DNA from: Octopus vulgaris
Taxonomy: Eukaryota
Direction of reading: 5' to 3'
Length of the DNA: 64,000 nucleotides
Assembly (NCBI GenBank): GCA_951406725.2
Contig: OX597828.1
Coordinates: forward strand, 15,252,001-15,316,000
Positions 1 through 12,600 of this stretch are shown here, piece by piece. The notes under the pieces were generated by a model. The model searched no databases. It was not told where the DNA came from and saw nothing but the letters and a program-made list of their open reading frames with translations. Within the stretch, counting starts at the first letter, position 1. The number at the start of each line of letters is the position of its first letter. The position numbers and the translations under genes are program-made.

Positions 1-3000
1 TTTTTAAGAAAGGAAACCCCCTTCCCTTCATAACCCTTTTTAGGGCCTCTTAAATTAGTGGGAAAGATGGGAGGAAGTTATTGATAGACAAGAGAGCTGA
101 AGAACAATTGCAACAAAATGGATTCCACTAACTGCATTCAAAGACAAGGTGATGGTGAAGGTGTTGCTGATGGTCTTGAACAAAATGACAGATTAAGTCT
201 ACAACCAATAAATAGAAATGGCTCATTTGACAGGCTTCCATACAGTTTCTGCTTACCAAATTTCACTCATACGATTTAGCTCAAAACAAAATTAGGTTAG
301 AAAACCAAGGTGCTGCACCAAGAGACTGAACTGAAAACCATGTAGTTATGAAATAATCTTCTAAACCACAGAATCATACCAGCACCCAAATGGTTGTATT
401 GAGTTTGTATAATATCCTCTCAGTTGAGGGGGCCTTGTTTTGGGAGTTACTTGGTGAATTCTCTAGTGCTGGTGCCACATAAAAAAGCATCCAGTACACT
501 CTGTAAAATGGTTGGCATTAGGAAGGGTTTCCAGCTGCAGAAACCATGCCAAAATAGACACTGGAGCTTGGTTCGGCCTTCTGACTTGCTAACTCATACT
601 GAATCATCTAACCCATGCCAGCATGGAGAATGATGATGGCAATGATTATAATGATGATGATGATGATGAATTTCCTACATGAACAAACACTATTTTTCTC
701 CACACTAACAAACATTTATTTTTTGTCTTCATATTTATTGTACAAGAAAGTTTAATTACCCAACAAACAACTATTTGATCAAATCATCTGAATACATCCC
801 TAGAATGAGATAGTTGTAAAGTGAACTGCTTAACCACAGAGCCATAGCTGCACCTCATGGTTGTATTCAGCTTATATTTTATCTTTCCCACACTAACAAA
901 CACTATTGTACCCCATATTAATTGATTAATTTTTTTATCTAAAGTTTAGAAGAAAGTATTGCAACCCAAAAATAAATATTAAAAAAAACAAAAACTGAAA
1001 TTCAAACTGATAATAAAAGTATTGTTTTGTGGGTGTTTTGTAAGTAGTGTTGTTGTTGTTGCTGTTGTTTATAATCCTAGGTCATCCTTTATCAAGAAGA
1101 CATATTTTCAGAGGCATTCCCATCATGACCATTCTACCTAATTTTAAGATGGTACAGATGTGACTTCAGGAAAATGAAATTTGGTTATTATTTCTAGTGA
1201 GTCAAGTGTCTATGTAGGGGCTTCCCTCACTGACACATGCAAAGAGATGTTGTTGACACTGTTTAACCCCAAGTCAGTCACAATCAGAAATGTTCCAGCT
1301 TTGACCATCCCTTCTCTTTTTTTTCTCATACATAATGAATACAGGGTAACATTATCCAATGTCCTTCCTTTATTAAGGCAGTAAGCAGAGAAAGGGAGCA
1401 GATGAAAGGTCCGTCTATTTGACAGTTATTTTTAGCAGACTGAGTATTTGTTGGTTGTGCAAATAGGTGTTGCTGATGTTTAATTCCTGGTTACTCTGAT
1501 TAAGCAGTCATATGATCAAAAGGCATCCCAACTCTGACCACCCTATCTGTTGTTAGACCTATATTATCTAATATGTCATTTTATTTTTTAAAACAGTAAG
1601 GTTGGGGAGTGAGAATGATTTCAGAGGAAAGTTTGGTTGCTATTTCTAGCAGGTCGAGCAACCATGTAAATTCTCCCAGATTGACCGTTTTTGCAAATAG
1701 AGATTGCAAAATAGGTTTCAGTCTGAGGAGTATTATACTCTTGGTGCTAATGCCCTGGTATCACATTGAAGGAAACCCAATACACTAAACACACATCACA
1801 GAAGCAGTGGCATATTTAAATTTTGTAAGATTTCCTACAACCAGTTTCCTCACTGAAATAATTTTGCTTTTGACTCCACATACTGATACCTTCCTGGCTC
1901 CAGGCCAACTTTTATGTGAGGTATGATAGGAGAAAGCAGTAGCTATTGGTCTATTTCTTTTAAATTGAAGGGAACCAATCTGCCCCAAGATACATTTCAC
2001 TGCTTTCCAAATTAACCCTTTTCTTTTTTTATTTGTTAAAATAAAATACCTTAGTTTCAATTATTTTTGAAAATAATCAAGAATCTAGTAAAATAACTTT
2101 ATCATCATGACAGTGGCATTTGTTTACAATTTACAATTAATGTATGGAAGCCTCTGAATACAGCGGTATAACATTATTGGGATATCATCATCATCATCAT
2201 CCAGTGTTTTAAATCCGGGTTTTGTCCCCATTAATGGGGGTGGCTGGATCTACTTCAATGCCATAGCAACCAAGGTAGGCAGGTGCAGCCCACCCCAACC
2301 TTTGGGCTGGCTGCTGTCCATTCTCCCTTGCTATCACAAGGCCGTTTTCGAAGATGGATATTCATTTTCCATTTTATTTAGTTTCAGCTCACGAGCTGTG
2401 GCCATGCTGGGGCACCGCCATTATGCCAATTTTACATGTTAAACACATTCCTGTATTTAGGGGCTATTTAAGCAATGTGTTCATGGATGATTAAGGGGTT
2501 AGATGGGTGCTGATGAAGGGGCATATACGTCCATTACCCTTTTTGCATTTTCGATCTCATTGTTCGTTTACATCTGACAGCTCGGATACAAAATGTCGTA
2601 ACAAAAATCTGTGCTGGCTATAATTTCTATAGAATGTCTTTCGTTTCTTTCATTTTTCTTTTATCTGTTTCAGTCATTTGACTGCGGCCATGCTGGAGCA
2701 CTGCCTTTAGTCGAGCAAATCGACCCCAGGACTTATTCTTTGTAAACCTAGTACTTATTCTATTGGTCTCTCTTGTTGAACCACTAAGTGACAGGGACGT
2801 AAACACACCAGCATCAGTTGTCAAGCGATTTTGTTGGGACAAACAGAGACACACGCACACACACACATATATATATGATGGGCTTCTTTCAGTTTCCGTC
2901 TACCAAATCCACTCACAAGGCTTTGGTCAGCCCGAGGTTATAGTAGAAGACATTTGCCCAAGGTGCCATGTAGTGGAACTGAACCCGGAACCATGTGGTT

Positions 3001-3068
3001 GGTAAGCAAGCTACTTATCACACAGCCACTCCTATGCCTATATATATATATATATATAAATATATATT

Positions 3069-3477
3069 GTTGCTATTATGCAAAAGTGTCATAAGTCCAA
3101 AATGTTGCTTTTTCAGAAAACGAAAAAATAGCTTCGCAATTCCATTTTTTGTTACATTAGCAACAGTTTCAGCTTAACAATAATACTTTGTTGGGTGCAC
3201 AAAATCGTAACTCCATGCATGTATGATATTTTCAGTCAGAAATATTTTTGCAAAACCGTCATATGTGGGACTTACTACACTTTTGAAAAATGCTAAAACC
3301 ATTGTACTAAACTTTGACAATTTTTCATATCATGGCACCTGATGCAGCTGGAGATACGACAGTTTGACCAAAAGAACCAGCTATTGCAAGCAAAATTAAA
3401 TATTGCAAAAAAAAAAAAAAAAAAAAAAAAAGCATTTGACCAAATTTGGACATACGACAGTTTAACATAATAGCAAC
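3069..3477. mobile_element. MITE with ~33-bp TIRs
   Basis: GTTGCTATTATG.AAA.TGTC.TA.GTCCAAA occurs at both ends in inverted orientation. Confidence 0.75.
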
Positions 3478-3591
3478 ACTATATTTTACTAAACACTTCC
3501 AGATTATTGATTATTTTGAAGAGTAACTGAAACTTAGACATATGTATTTCATTAAAAATATATTGCCAAAACAGATGATTTTTATACTTAC

Positions 3592-3647
3592 TTCGTGTAA
3601 CGGGAAAGCAGAAACATAATATCCATCACTTATCATTTTCTTTATAC
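3592..3647 (-). CDS. ANO: Anoctamin exon, 56 nt, GIKKMISDGYYVSAFPLHE
   Basis: tctcttgcag| acceptor, GAA|gtaagt donor, phase 1-0, and the G.Y.xA(F/Y)PLH(D/E) motif. Confidence 0.94.
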
Positions 3648-6600
3648 CTGCAAGAGAGGAGATAATTACATTTTTTTAATATTTCTTCATAAGTGTATCA
3701 CATTTCATGTCTAGTTTATCATTTCATTTATTTCTATTTTTCTGCATTTTTATCTTTTATTTCTATTTAAACAGCAGTGGTTTGGTGGGATTAATTGAAA
3801 TAGTAAACACAATATTTTGCAGTAGTATTTAGTTACAGTTCCGTATATTCTGAGTTCAAATCCTGACAAAGTTTACTTTAATTTCATCTTTCATCAATCT
3901 GAGGAAGACGAAACAAAAATGGATAAAAAAAGATAAAGCTCTCTCCTGAATCATATAGACAGATAAAAGCTAGTTTCCTGGTCCATCACAGGAATACTCA
4001 TTTTTACCAGCTGTCGGGACAGGAGCAATATGAAATGAAATGTGTTCAAGAATACCTCATACTGCATAGTCCAGGAATTGAAACCATAATCTTAATGATG
4101 ATGAATCCAGCACCCTAACCACTAAGTCATGTACCTCCACTGGGAAGAAACAAAAACTGCTAAAAATAAGTACCAGACAAGTACTGGAATCAGTATACCA
4201 TATTTCCCAGCATGCAATTTGATGCATAAATTAAACATGAAGTGTAAACATTTAAATATCATCACTATCTTTCCAAGTCCTGCTGCATTTTACATGAAAT
4301 TTTTGGTCGTCTGAAATTGTATTGGTGCATAAATTGATTTGCCATTTTTGACTGTAAATTTTGGTCTGAAAAATTCAACTCATGCTAGAAAATAACAGTA
4401 ATAGACTTCTTCTTCTCCAAGAATTTGTGGACTCTTGCCTGTGGTATATATCATAGATTTATATTGAAGGGTAGTGAGGTAATTCAAACAGGAAAACACA
4501 AAGGATAAGATGCTTTTCAGTATTAGGTTACATCCCTCTTAGTTCTGCTTTTTATTCTTCTGAAGGCCATATTATAAGTACTAATTAAATAACATATTAT
4601 AAGTACTAATTAATAGCATCACTAGGTGAGACAAGCTGACACTGAATTAGCTTCGCTGACTGACAGATGACGGTCATTTAGAGAATGCATGGGCTAAGAC
4701 TACGTGCCTTCATTGGTCAGTTAAAGTTGAGACAGTGTCATGTGACAACTTGCTAGGGCTGCCTGCTGGAGCCTAGCAGCAGGTATTTAAAGGGAAAAAA
4801 TTTGACAAGTCAGTCAGTTGCCCGCTGACACTCGATGCTACATTGAAGAGGCCAAGGAACAGAAGAAAGAAGACATGCACCCAACACCAGAGCTGAAGAC
4901 ACCTCCGAAAGTAGGGGGGGGGGCTGCCACAACGGTAGAGGAGTAGGGGCCGAAACCAGATGTGGGTCCTCCTGATGATGTCTTGAGCTAACTGAATCCT
5001 ATAAAGGAGCTGTTGTGATAGAAGACCACAAAACACGTTTGAAATTCCTAGTGTTGAATTGGTAGTTTTAGATAGTATGAAAGCCTAATAGAATTTATCC
5101 CATCACTCAGCTTTATGAGAGCTATAGTAGAAGACACTTATCCAAGGTATCATGCAGTGGGATTGAACCCAAAACTATGTGGTTGGGAACTAAACTTCTT
5201 AACCACACAGCCACACCTGCACCATTACATTAAGAAGAAAGCAATGTAGATCTTACACACATCTCCTTCCTAACCTAATTGCTTCAGAAGCCAATGCAAT
5301 TACACCTGCTTGAATTCCACATAAATTAATCCACATATTTACCACAGGAATATGATTCTGCATCTTTATCTCCAAATGAAGTTCTTCTTAAAATGTAATC
5401 TACGATTCGAGTTCTCATGCCTTGACTGAAAATTGCTTCATGATTTTCTGGATATGCAAATCTGGAAAAATAAACATTAATTTAATAAAAAAAAAAACAG
5501 GAACATGTTTTTATTTTTTAAATCTATAAAAATATTAGATAACTATAAAGGTATATATATCTGTGTGCACATGCATATATGTGCATATAGGTTTGGGTAT
5601 AGTTATGGTATATATATATATATATATGTATGTATGACACTGAAGCTCTCCAAATTAAACACCAATATCTAAGCATTTTCCAAGCTTAATAAGATTATCT
5701 ATGAGGAAAACAACCAATATCAATGTAATCTCCACAGGCATAGGAATGGCTGTGTGGTAAGTAGCTTGTTTACCAACCACATGGTTCCAGGTTCAGTCCC
5801 ACTGCAACTGACTGACTTGGGCAAGTGTCTTCTACAATAGCCTCGGGTTGATCACAGTCTTGTGAGTAGGTTTGGTAGATGGAAACTGAAAGAAGCCCGT
5901 TGTATACATGTATATATATATATGTGTGTGTGTGTGTGTTTGTGTGTCTGTGTTTGTCCCCCCAACATCGCTTAACAACTGATGTTGGTGTGTTTACGTC
6001 ACCGTAACTTAGCGGCTCGGCAAAAGAGACCGATAGAATAAGTACTAAGCTTACAAAGAATACGTCCTGGGGTCGATTTGCTCGACTAAAGGTGGTGTTC
6101 CAGTATGGCCACAGTCAAATGACTGCAATAAGTAAAAGAGTAAAGAGAGTAAACCATGAATCTAGAAACACTTCCTATTTGGTGGTGTCAAGAGTGTTGA
6201 CAATATGCGTTGACAGTGTTGTGTAACTGGAATGTAAAAGGCACCTTTTGAATGTTGGGTTTCATGGGGGCAGTGACAAAGGACCAAGACCTCTGACTAT
6301 ATACCATGCTTGAGAAGACCAGTCAAGCCAAGTGAGATTGTAGTTGTGGGGCCAATGCTGTTGTTTCGTAACTGGCTCCTATACCAGTGGCATGTAAAAA
6401 ACACCCATTACACTCTTGGAGTGGTTGGCATTAGGAAGGGCATCCAGCCATAGAAATCATGCCAAATCAGACTGGAACCTGATGCAGCTCCCCAGCTTAC
6501 CAGTTTTGAGTCAAACCATCCAACCCATGCCAGCATGGAAAGCAGATGTTAAATGATAATAATGATGATGATGACTGTCTGGGAATCAATAGTAATCAGA

Positions 6601-9600
6601 AGGAGCAAAACATCAGTATACTATGTCCATTACAACACCTACCTATTACTTCAAGCAACGACATCAAATTAAACAAATTATAGTTACAATATAAATAACA
6701 TGCATACACACATGCATACATATATATAACAAAAAAAAAACCTTCATTCACCAGTAAACAAATATCCGGTACCCTATGATTCAGCAATGAATGAGAAGTA
6801 ATGGAAAGGATACATCTTTCTCACAAAAACCAAGTGTGTTGGCAGCAGCAAGAGCATCCCATGCATAACATAAATCTACCTCAAAAGGTTTCATCTAACC
6901 CATATCAGCATAGAAAAACAGATGTAAAAACAATGATGATGATGAACAAGGTTTACAGATATAAGCAAACAACATTCGAGCGAGGTCATTGCCAGTGGCA
7001 CTGGACTGGCTCCTGTGCTGGTGGCATGTAAAAAACATCATTTGAGCATGTCCATTGCCAGTACTGCCAGACTGGCCCTCATACCAGTGGTATGTAAAAG
7101 CAGCCACTGCACTCTCAGAGTGGTTGGCATTAGGAAGGGCATCTGGCTATAGAAACTCTGCCAGATCAGATTGGAGCCTGGTGCAGCCATCTGGCTTGCC
7201 AGTCCTCAGTCAAACCGTCCAACCCATGCTAGCATGGAAAGCGGACGTTAAAGGATGATGATGATGATGATGATGAAGAAGAAGAAGACAAAGTACTCAA
7301 TACTTTAGGCTGTACTGTTGATTATTACATTTTACTTTTATTTGTTTCAGTCATTGCACTGCAGCCATGCTGGAGCCCTGCCTTGAAGCATTTAATCAAA
7401 CAAATCAACCCCAGTATTTATTTCTCTTTTTTCTTTGGTCCTTATTTTATCAGACTCTTTTGCTGAACTGTTAAATCAGAAGGATGTAAACAAACCAATA
7501 CTGGTTGTCAAGTGATGAGGGAGACAAACACACACAGAGACACATATGCACGACAGGCTTCCACACATTCTCCATCTATCAAATTCACTCATAAGACATT
7601 GGTCTGCCTGTGGTTGTTGCAGATGACACTTTCCGACAGACGAAATACTACTAAGCATTTTGCCTGACGTGCTAACATTTCTGTTAGCTTTCTGCCCTTG
7701 TAAATAAAGTAATATTCTTTGTTCTAACACAAGCTCCAAGTAAATTGGAGATTAAGATAGCCTTTAAGTACTGGAGATGATTTGCTTAAATAAATCTTTC
7801 AAAATCATGCTTCAGCATAAGTGCAGTTCAATGAGTGAATCAACTAAAATATTAAAATATAAAAGATAATATATCAAGTGCATCTTTAGACAGAGACTCT
7901 GTAAAAAGTCAGTAACTATTGTCTTTTCACCTCTGATATAGCCATAAAAAGAAAATTACTGGTGGAACACATCGTCCTGAACTTAACATCTATGTATGGA
8001 TGAGATGTATGTGCGGATTAGATGAGATTTGTTGAGGTAGAATTTCTATGGCAGGATGCTATTACTGTTGCCAAGCTTCACCTGCTTCCAAGAAATTTAA
8101 TATGTCTCAGAGTTGACCTTAGTGGAATTTGAACTCAGAATGTAAAGCCAGAAGGAACGCTGCTTAGTATTTTGTCCGGTATGCTAACGATAACAGGCAC
8201 AGGTATGGTTAAGTTCACCTTGGAACCATGTGGTTAGAGGTTCACTCCTGTTGTATGGGTGTTGTTGGCTAGAGTTCTCTATTATAGCCATGGGTTGACT
8301 AAAACCTTGTGAGTGAAGTTAGAAGATGGAAACTGAAGAGAAGCTTTTTGTATATATCAAGCATCTTATCAGTACATGCATGTACGAGTGAGTGCATATG
8401 TGTATAAGTGTGTCAGGGCTGTGGAGTTGGAGTCGTGAAGTTGGAGTCGTGAAGTCGGAGTCAGAAACAATTAAGGGATAGCTGGAGTCGGAGTTGGTAA
8501 AATTATACTGACTCCGACTCACAATGTCTTTATTCTTTAATATAAACCAGTTACAACATATAGGCCTATTCAAAGTACAAGGGTATGCATATGCCTTATG
8601 AGATATGTAGACCGTAATCACTTAATTACATAAAGAGGAGTCGGAGTCAGAGGTGCCAATAGTAGAGGAGTCGAAGTTTTTTGTCTTGACTCCACAGCCC
8701 TGGTGTGTGTGTGTGTGAGTGTGTGTGCATATGAGAGTGTGTGTGTGCATATGAGTGCATACATGCATGAATGTATGAGTGAGTGCATATGTCTGAGTGT
8801 GCGTGTGTGTGTGTGTGGATGTGTTCATATTTTCCCTCGTTTGCACATAAGTGTGTGTGTGTGAAAGTTTGTGTGTGCATGTTTGTATGCGTGTATGTGT
8901 GCATGATCGTGTGCATGCATGTATGCGTGTGTGTACGTGCGCACATGTTTGTGTCTGTGCATGTGTGTGTGTGTGCTCATTAAAATCAAAAGGCTTAACG
9001 ATCCAAACAAGTGCAGTTGTTTGATTGCAGTTCACTGTGTAAGCCTGTCTGAGCAACTAGACATGTTCTGACAAGTTCTGCACTGATTGTGAACAATAGT
9101 CACACCATTACTAAAGAAAAAATTGTCCTTTTATTTGCAGTCTTCTGTGAAAGTGTGTACAGGCTGTGCATTGTGCAGTTAGACCTGGGTTGTTATTACC
9201 TTGCTTGGAAACAGGTGAGGATTGGCATCAGGGAAGGCATCCAGCCATAGAAAGCTCTGCTCCAACATAATCTCGTCTGAGCCATACAAGCATGGAAAAG
9301 TAGACATTAAATTGATGGTGATGATGATGATGATGATGATGATGATAGTGGTGAAGAAGAAGGATGGGATGATGATGGAGTAGAAGGATGAAGAGGAGGT
9401 AGGGTAAGAAAAGTAAAGGAGGAGGATGAACAGAGGTGAGGGGGAAGAGTGGGGAGGAGACAGACAGTTGAGGTGAGGAGGAGGGTTGGAGGCAGAAGAG
9501 GAGTGGAAGAGGCAGGGTGGAGGCAGAGGAGAAGGCAGAAGATGAGGTGGGGTAGGTGGAGGAAGAAGATGAGGTGGGGAAGGGGAAGGCAGAAGAGGAG

Positions 9601-12600
9601 GAAAGCTAATGGAAGCATACACATAAGGCAGACAATTGTATACAATTCATTATTCTCTTTTATATTATATATATTGAGGTGCTTCAGCATGGCCACAGCC
9701 CTTGAGCAGAAACTAATAAAAAAAACGATATATATATATATATATTATATAAGCCCTGAATACTTACAAATAATCTTTATCACGTGAGAACGGACATTTG
9801 TACTCTTTAGGTGTTGCTTTAAACACCTCTTTGTTGTAATCAAATGGAGATTTCAATTTCTCAGACAGTTGTTGCCATAATTTATGCAACTTCTTTATAG
9901 GTCCATCACCTTTTACGACCTGCTAAAAAAAAAAAAAAAGAAATAATCACAAAAAACAAAAATTTGTCAAAAAAACCCATTAATCCTTTTGTTACCAACT
10001 TATTTCTGTTGAAATAAACAGTCTTTGATTCAGTTAAAGTCTCTAAATAAGGAAGAGTTCAGTAATATAAGTTTGTTCATTATTAAGTTGATATTTGGAA
10101 CATAAATTAATGTGATGCTGTGTCTGGTAGAAGCCCAACATCTCCCTAAAGATCAAGAGTTGTCTTTTCTGCATGCTGGTTTTGCCTGTCCTCCTCTACA
10201 GTGCTGATGCCTGGACTATCCGCAAACAAGACCTGAACAAGTTTGAGGTGTTCCAAATGTGGTGTCTTTTGTTAGATCCTTGGGGGGTCTCTACGTGACT
10301 GAATCTCAAACAACAACATCCAAGAACAAGGCCAGCAGCAGCAGCCGACCGTTGAAGACCAAGTTTGGCAGTGCAGGCTACAGTGATTTGACACCGGCAG
10401 GATGAGCACCAGAAGACTACCACACCAACTTTTTGTCGTGACAGCAACCCATGCACTAAAGAATCCAGTGCAGCGTGCCAGAAAAGACACAAGTGAAATA
10501 AATTGAGGAAGACCTGAAGTCATAGTGTCTTGACTTTGAGCATGCTAAGACCAGCATCATAGATGGGAAAGCATGGAATAACAGCATCATAGATGGGAAA
10601 GCATGGAATAACAAAGTTTGTCATCCAGCGATACCCAGAGCGATGTATTGGTTGAGAAACAGCCTCCTCCTCTGGTCACCAGGTAGAGACTTTACTTACT
10701 GTTATGTTGTGTATGTACATGCTGGGTGTAAAACAGTAACCGATATGGTCGACCAACACTGTTCACTGCCTCTGATAGTTCACACAGTTTTTTATTTATT
10801 GAAATCCATGAGTCCACTTTCAGTCATGTAGGGGTGTAAAGGATTCTCCCATAACACTTAACATGAAATTGTAATGGAATGTTATAATTCACATCATTTT
10901 AAAACTGGAAGTTTGTATCATAGGACTGAGACTGGTCTCTGGTGAGTTTGCAGCAAAAGGAAGTATTGGTTGTAGGCATGTCTCAGTGGTTAAGAAGTTT
11001 GCCTTGCAAACCTATCGTTCTAGGTTCAATCTCACTGTATAGCACCTTTGACAAATGTTTTCCTATGATAGCCACAGGTTTATCCATGCCTTGTGAGTGG
11101 AGTTTGGTTAACATAGATTCTGTGAAAACTCGTGTGTGTGTGTTTGCGTATGTGTACTTGCATTTCTTTCACTAATATAGTGAAAAATATAAATATCATC
11201 AGGAAGACCGATGAAACTACTTTTAAATAAGAATATTTTGTATTTTTTCTGCCTAAGATGCACACACAAGGCCTTCTCACATTAATAATACAAGCAAATC
11301 ATGGGTTTGTAGCTGTTTCCTTTAATATTTTCTTTTATAGAATCTGTATTGATTAACCATCTTACTAACAATAACTCTGAACACCTTTTCAAACTCCAGC
11401 TATCTAATACCAGTGAACATGTTTACAAAGTCAGAAAACAGCACAGCCCCCATGACTTTCAGAAACATTTTTTCACGCTGAGAGTTGCTGAAGTATGGAA
11501 CAAACTGCTAGCATCAGTTGTTAGTTGTCGGAGCACTGCATCCTTTAAAACTTCCATGCTTCCTGAGATTCGCCAACACTACACCTGATTTTCTCCCCTC
11601 CATACACACGCAAGCATGTATCTGACTCTTACATTGTTCGGTTTCCAGACATTTGTACATTATTGCATATGCTTTATATGCACTTTTGACAAGTTGCAGT
11701 GCACCTGAGCACTGTATACAATAATTTCATTATTGTTTTATATATTATATTATAATTATATTATCATTAAGGCAGTGGGCTGGCAGAATCGTTAACATGT
11801 CAGGCAAAATGCTTAGCAGCATTTCATCCAACTTTATGTTTTGAATTCAAATTCCGCTGGGGTTGACTTTGCCTTTCATCGTTTCAGGGTTGATGAAATA
11901 AGTACCAGTTGAGCACTGGGAGCAATGTAGTTGACAAGCTCCCTCCCCACCAAAATACCAGGCCTTGTGCCTATAGACTAAAGGATTGTTATCATTTAAA
12001 ATAATAAATGCGCCCTTTTAAAGCTTAGCCAGGCTCATGGGCCCGGTTTCCTGGTTTCTATGGCGTATGTGTTCTCCAGCTGGATAGGACGCCAGTCCAT
12101 CGCAGTGTTACTCATTTTTGCCAGTTGAGTGGACTGGAGCAACGTGAAATGAAGTGTTTTGCTCAAGAACACAACGCGTCGCCCAGTCCAGGAATCGAAA
12201 CCACAATCTTATGATCATGATGCTGACACCCTAATCACTAAGCCACACGACTCCACATTGTTATCATTTACAATGTAATATATGTGAAGGCATATGGATT
12301 AGTAGTTATTGTATTTAGCTCACGATTCTAAGGTCATGAATTAGATTCCTGGGGCACATTCTGTCCTTCAGCAAGATACTTTATTTCACATTGCTCCAGC
12401 CCACTCAGCTGGCAAAAATGAGTTGTACCTGTAGTTCAATGGGCCAGCCTTGTTACATTGTGTCATATTGAATCTCCCTGAGTACTAGGGTATGTGTGTC
12501 TGTGGAGTGCTCAGCCACCTGCACATTGATTTCATGAACATGATATTAGGTTGATCAAATCAACTGTAACATATGTCATGACTGACAATGTACCTGACCC

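Noticed and set aside
1785-2060. 91-aa minus-strand ORF where the next anoctamin exon might lie
   Set aside because: It lacks the expected R..L...WA motif and convincing splice sites, and it partly overlaps a TTAA MITE.
3899-3914. CTGAGGA-AGAC-GAAAC hammerhead-like boxes (also isolated CTGATGA at ~30603 and ~42600)
   Set aside because: Stems I-III cannot be formed; these are fragments or chance matches.
8622-9787. ORFs rich in HT/CV or P/S/R
   Set aside because: They are translations of (GT)n-like and GA-rich low-complexity tracts.
10552-10612. Short tandem duplications (30 bp here; ~28 bp at ~48188-48250; ~24 bp at ~4569-4612)
   Set aside because: Ordinary slippage duplications inside decayed repeats.
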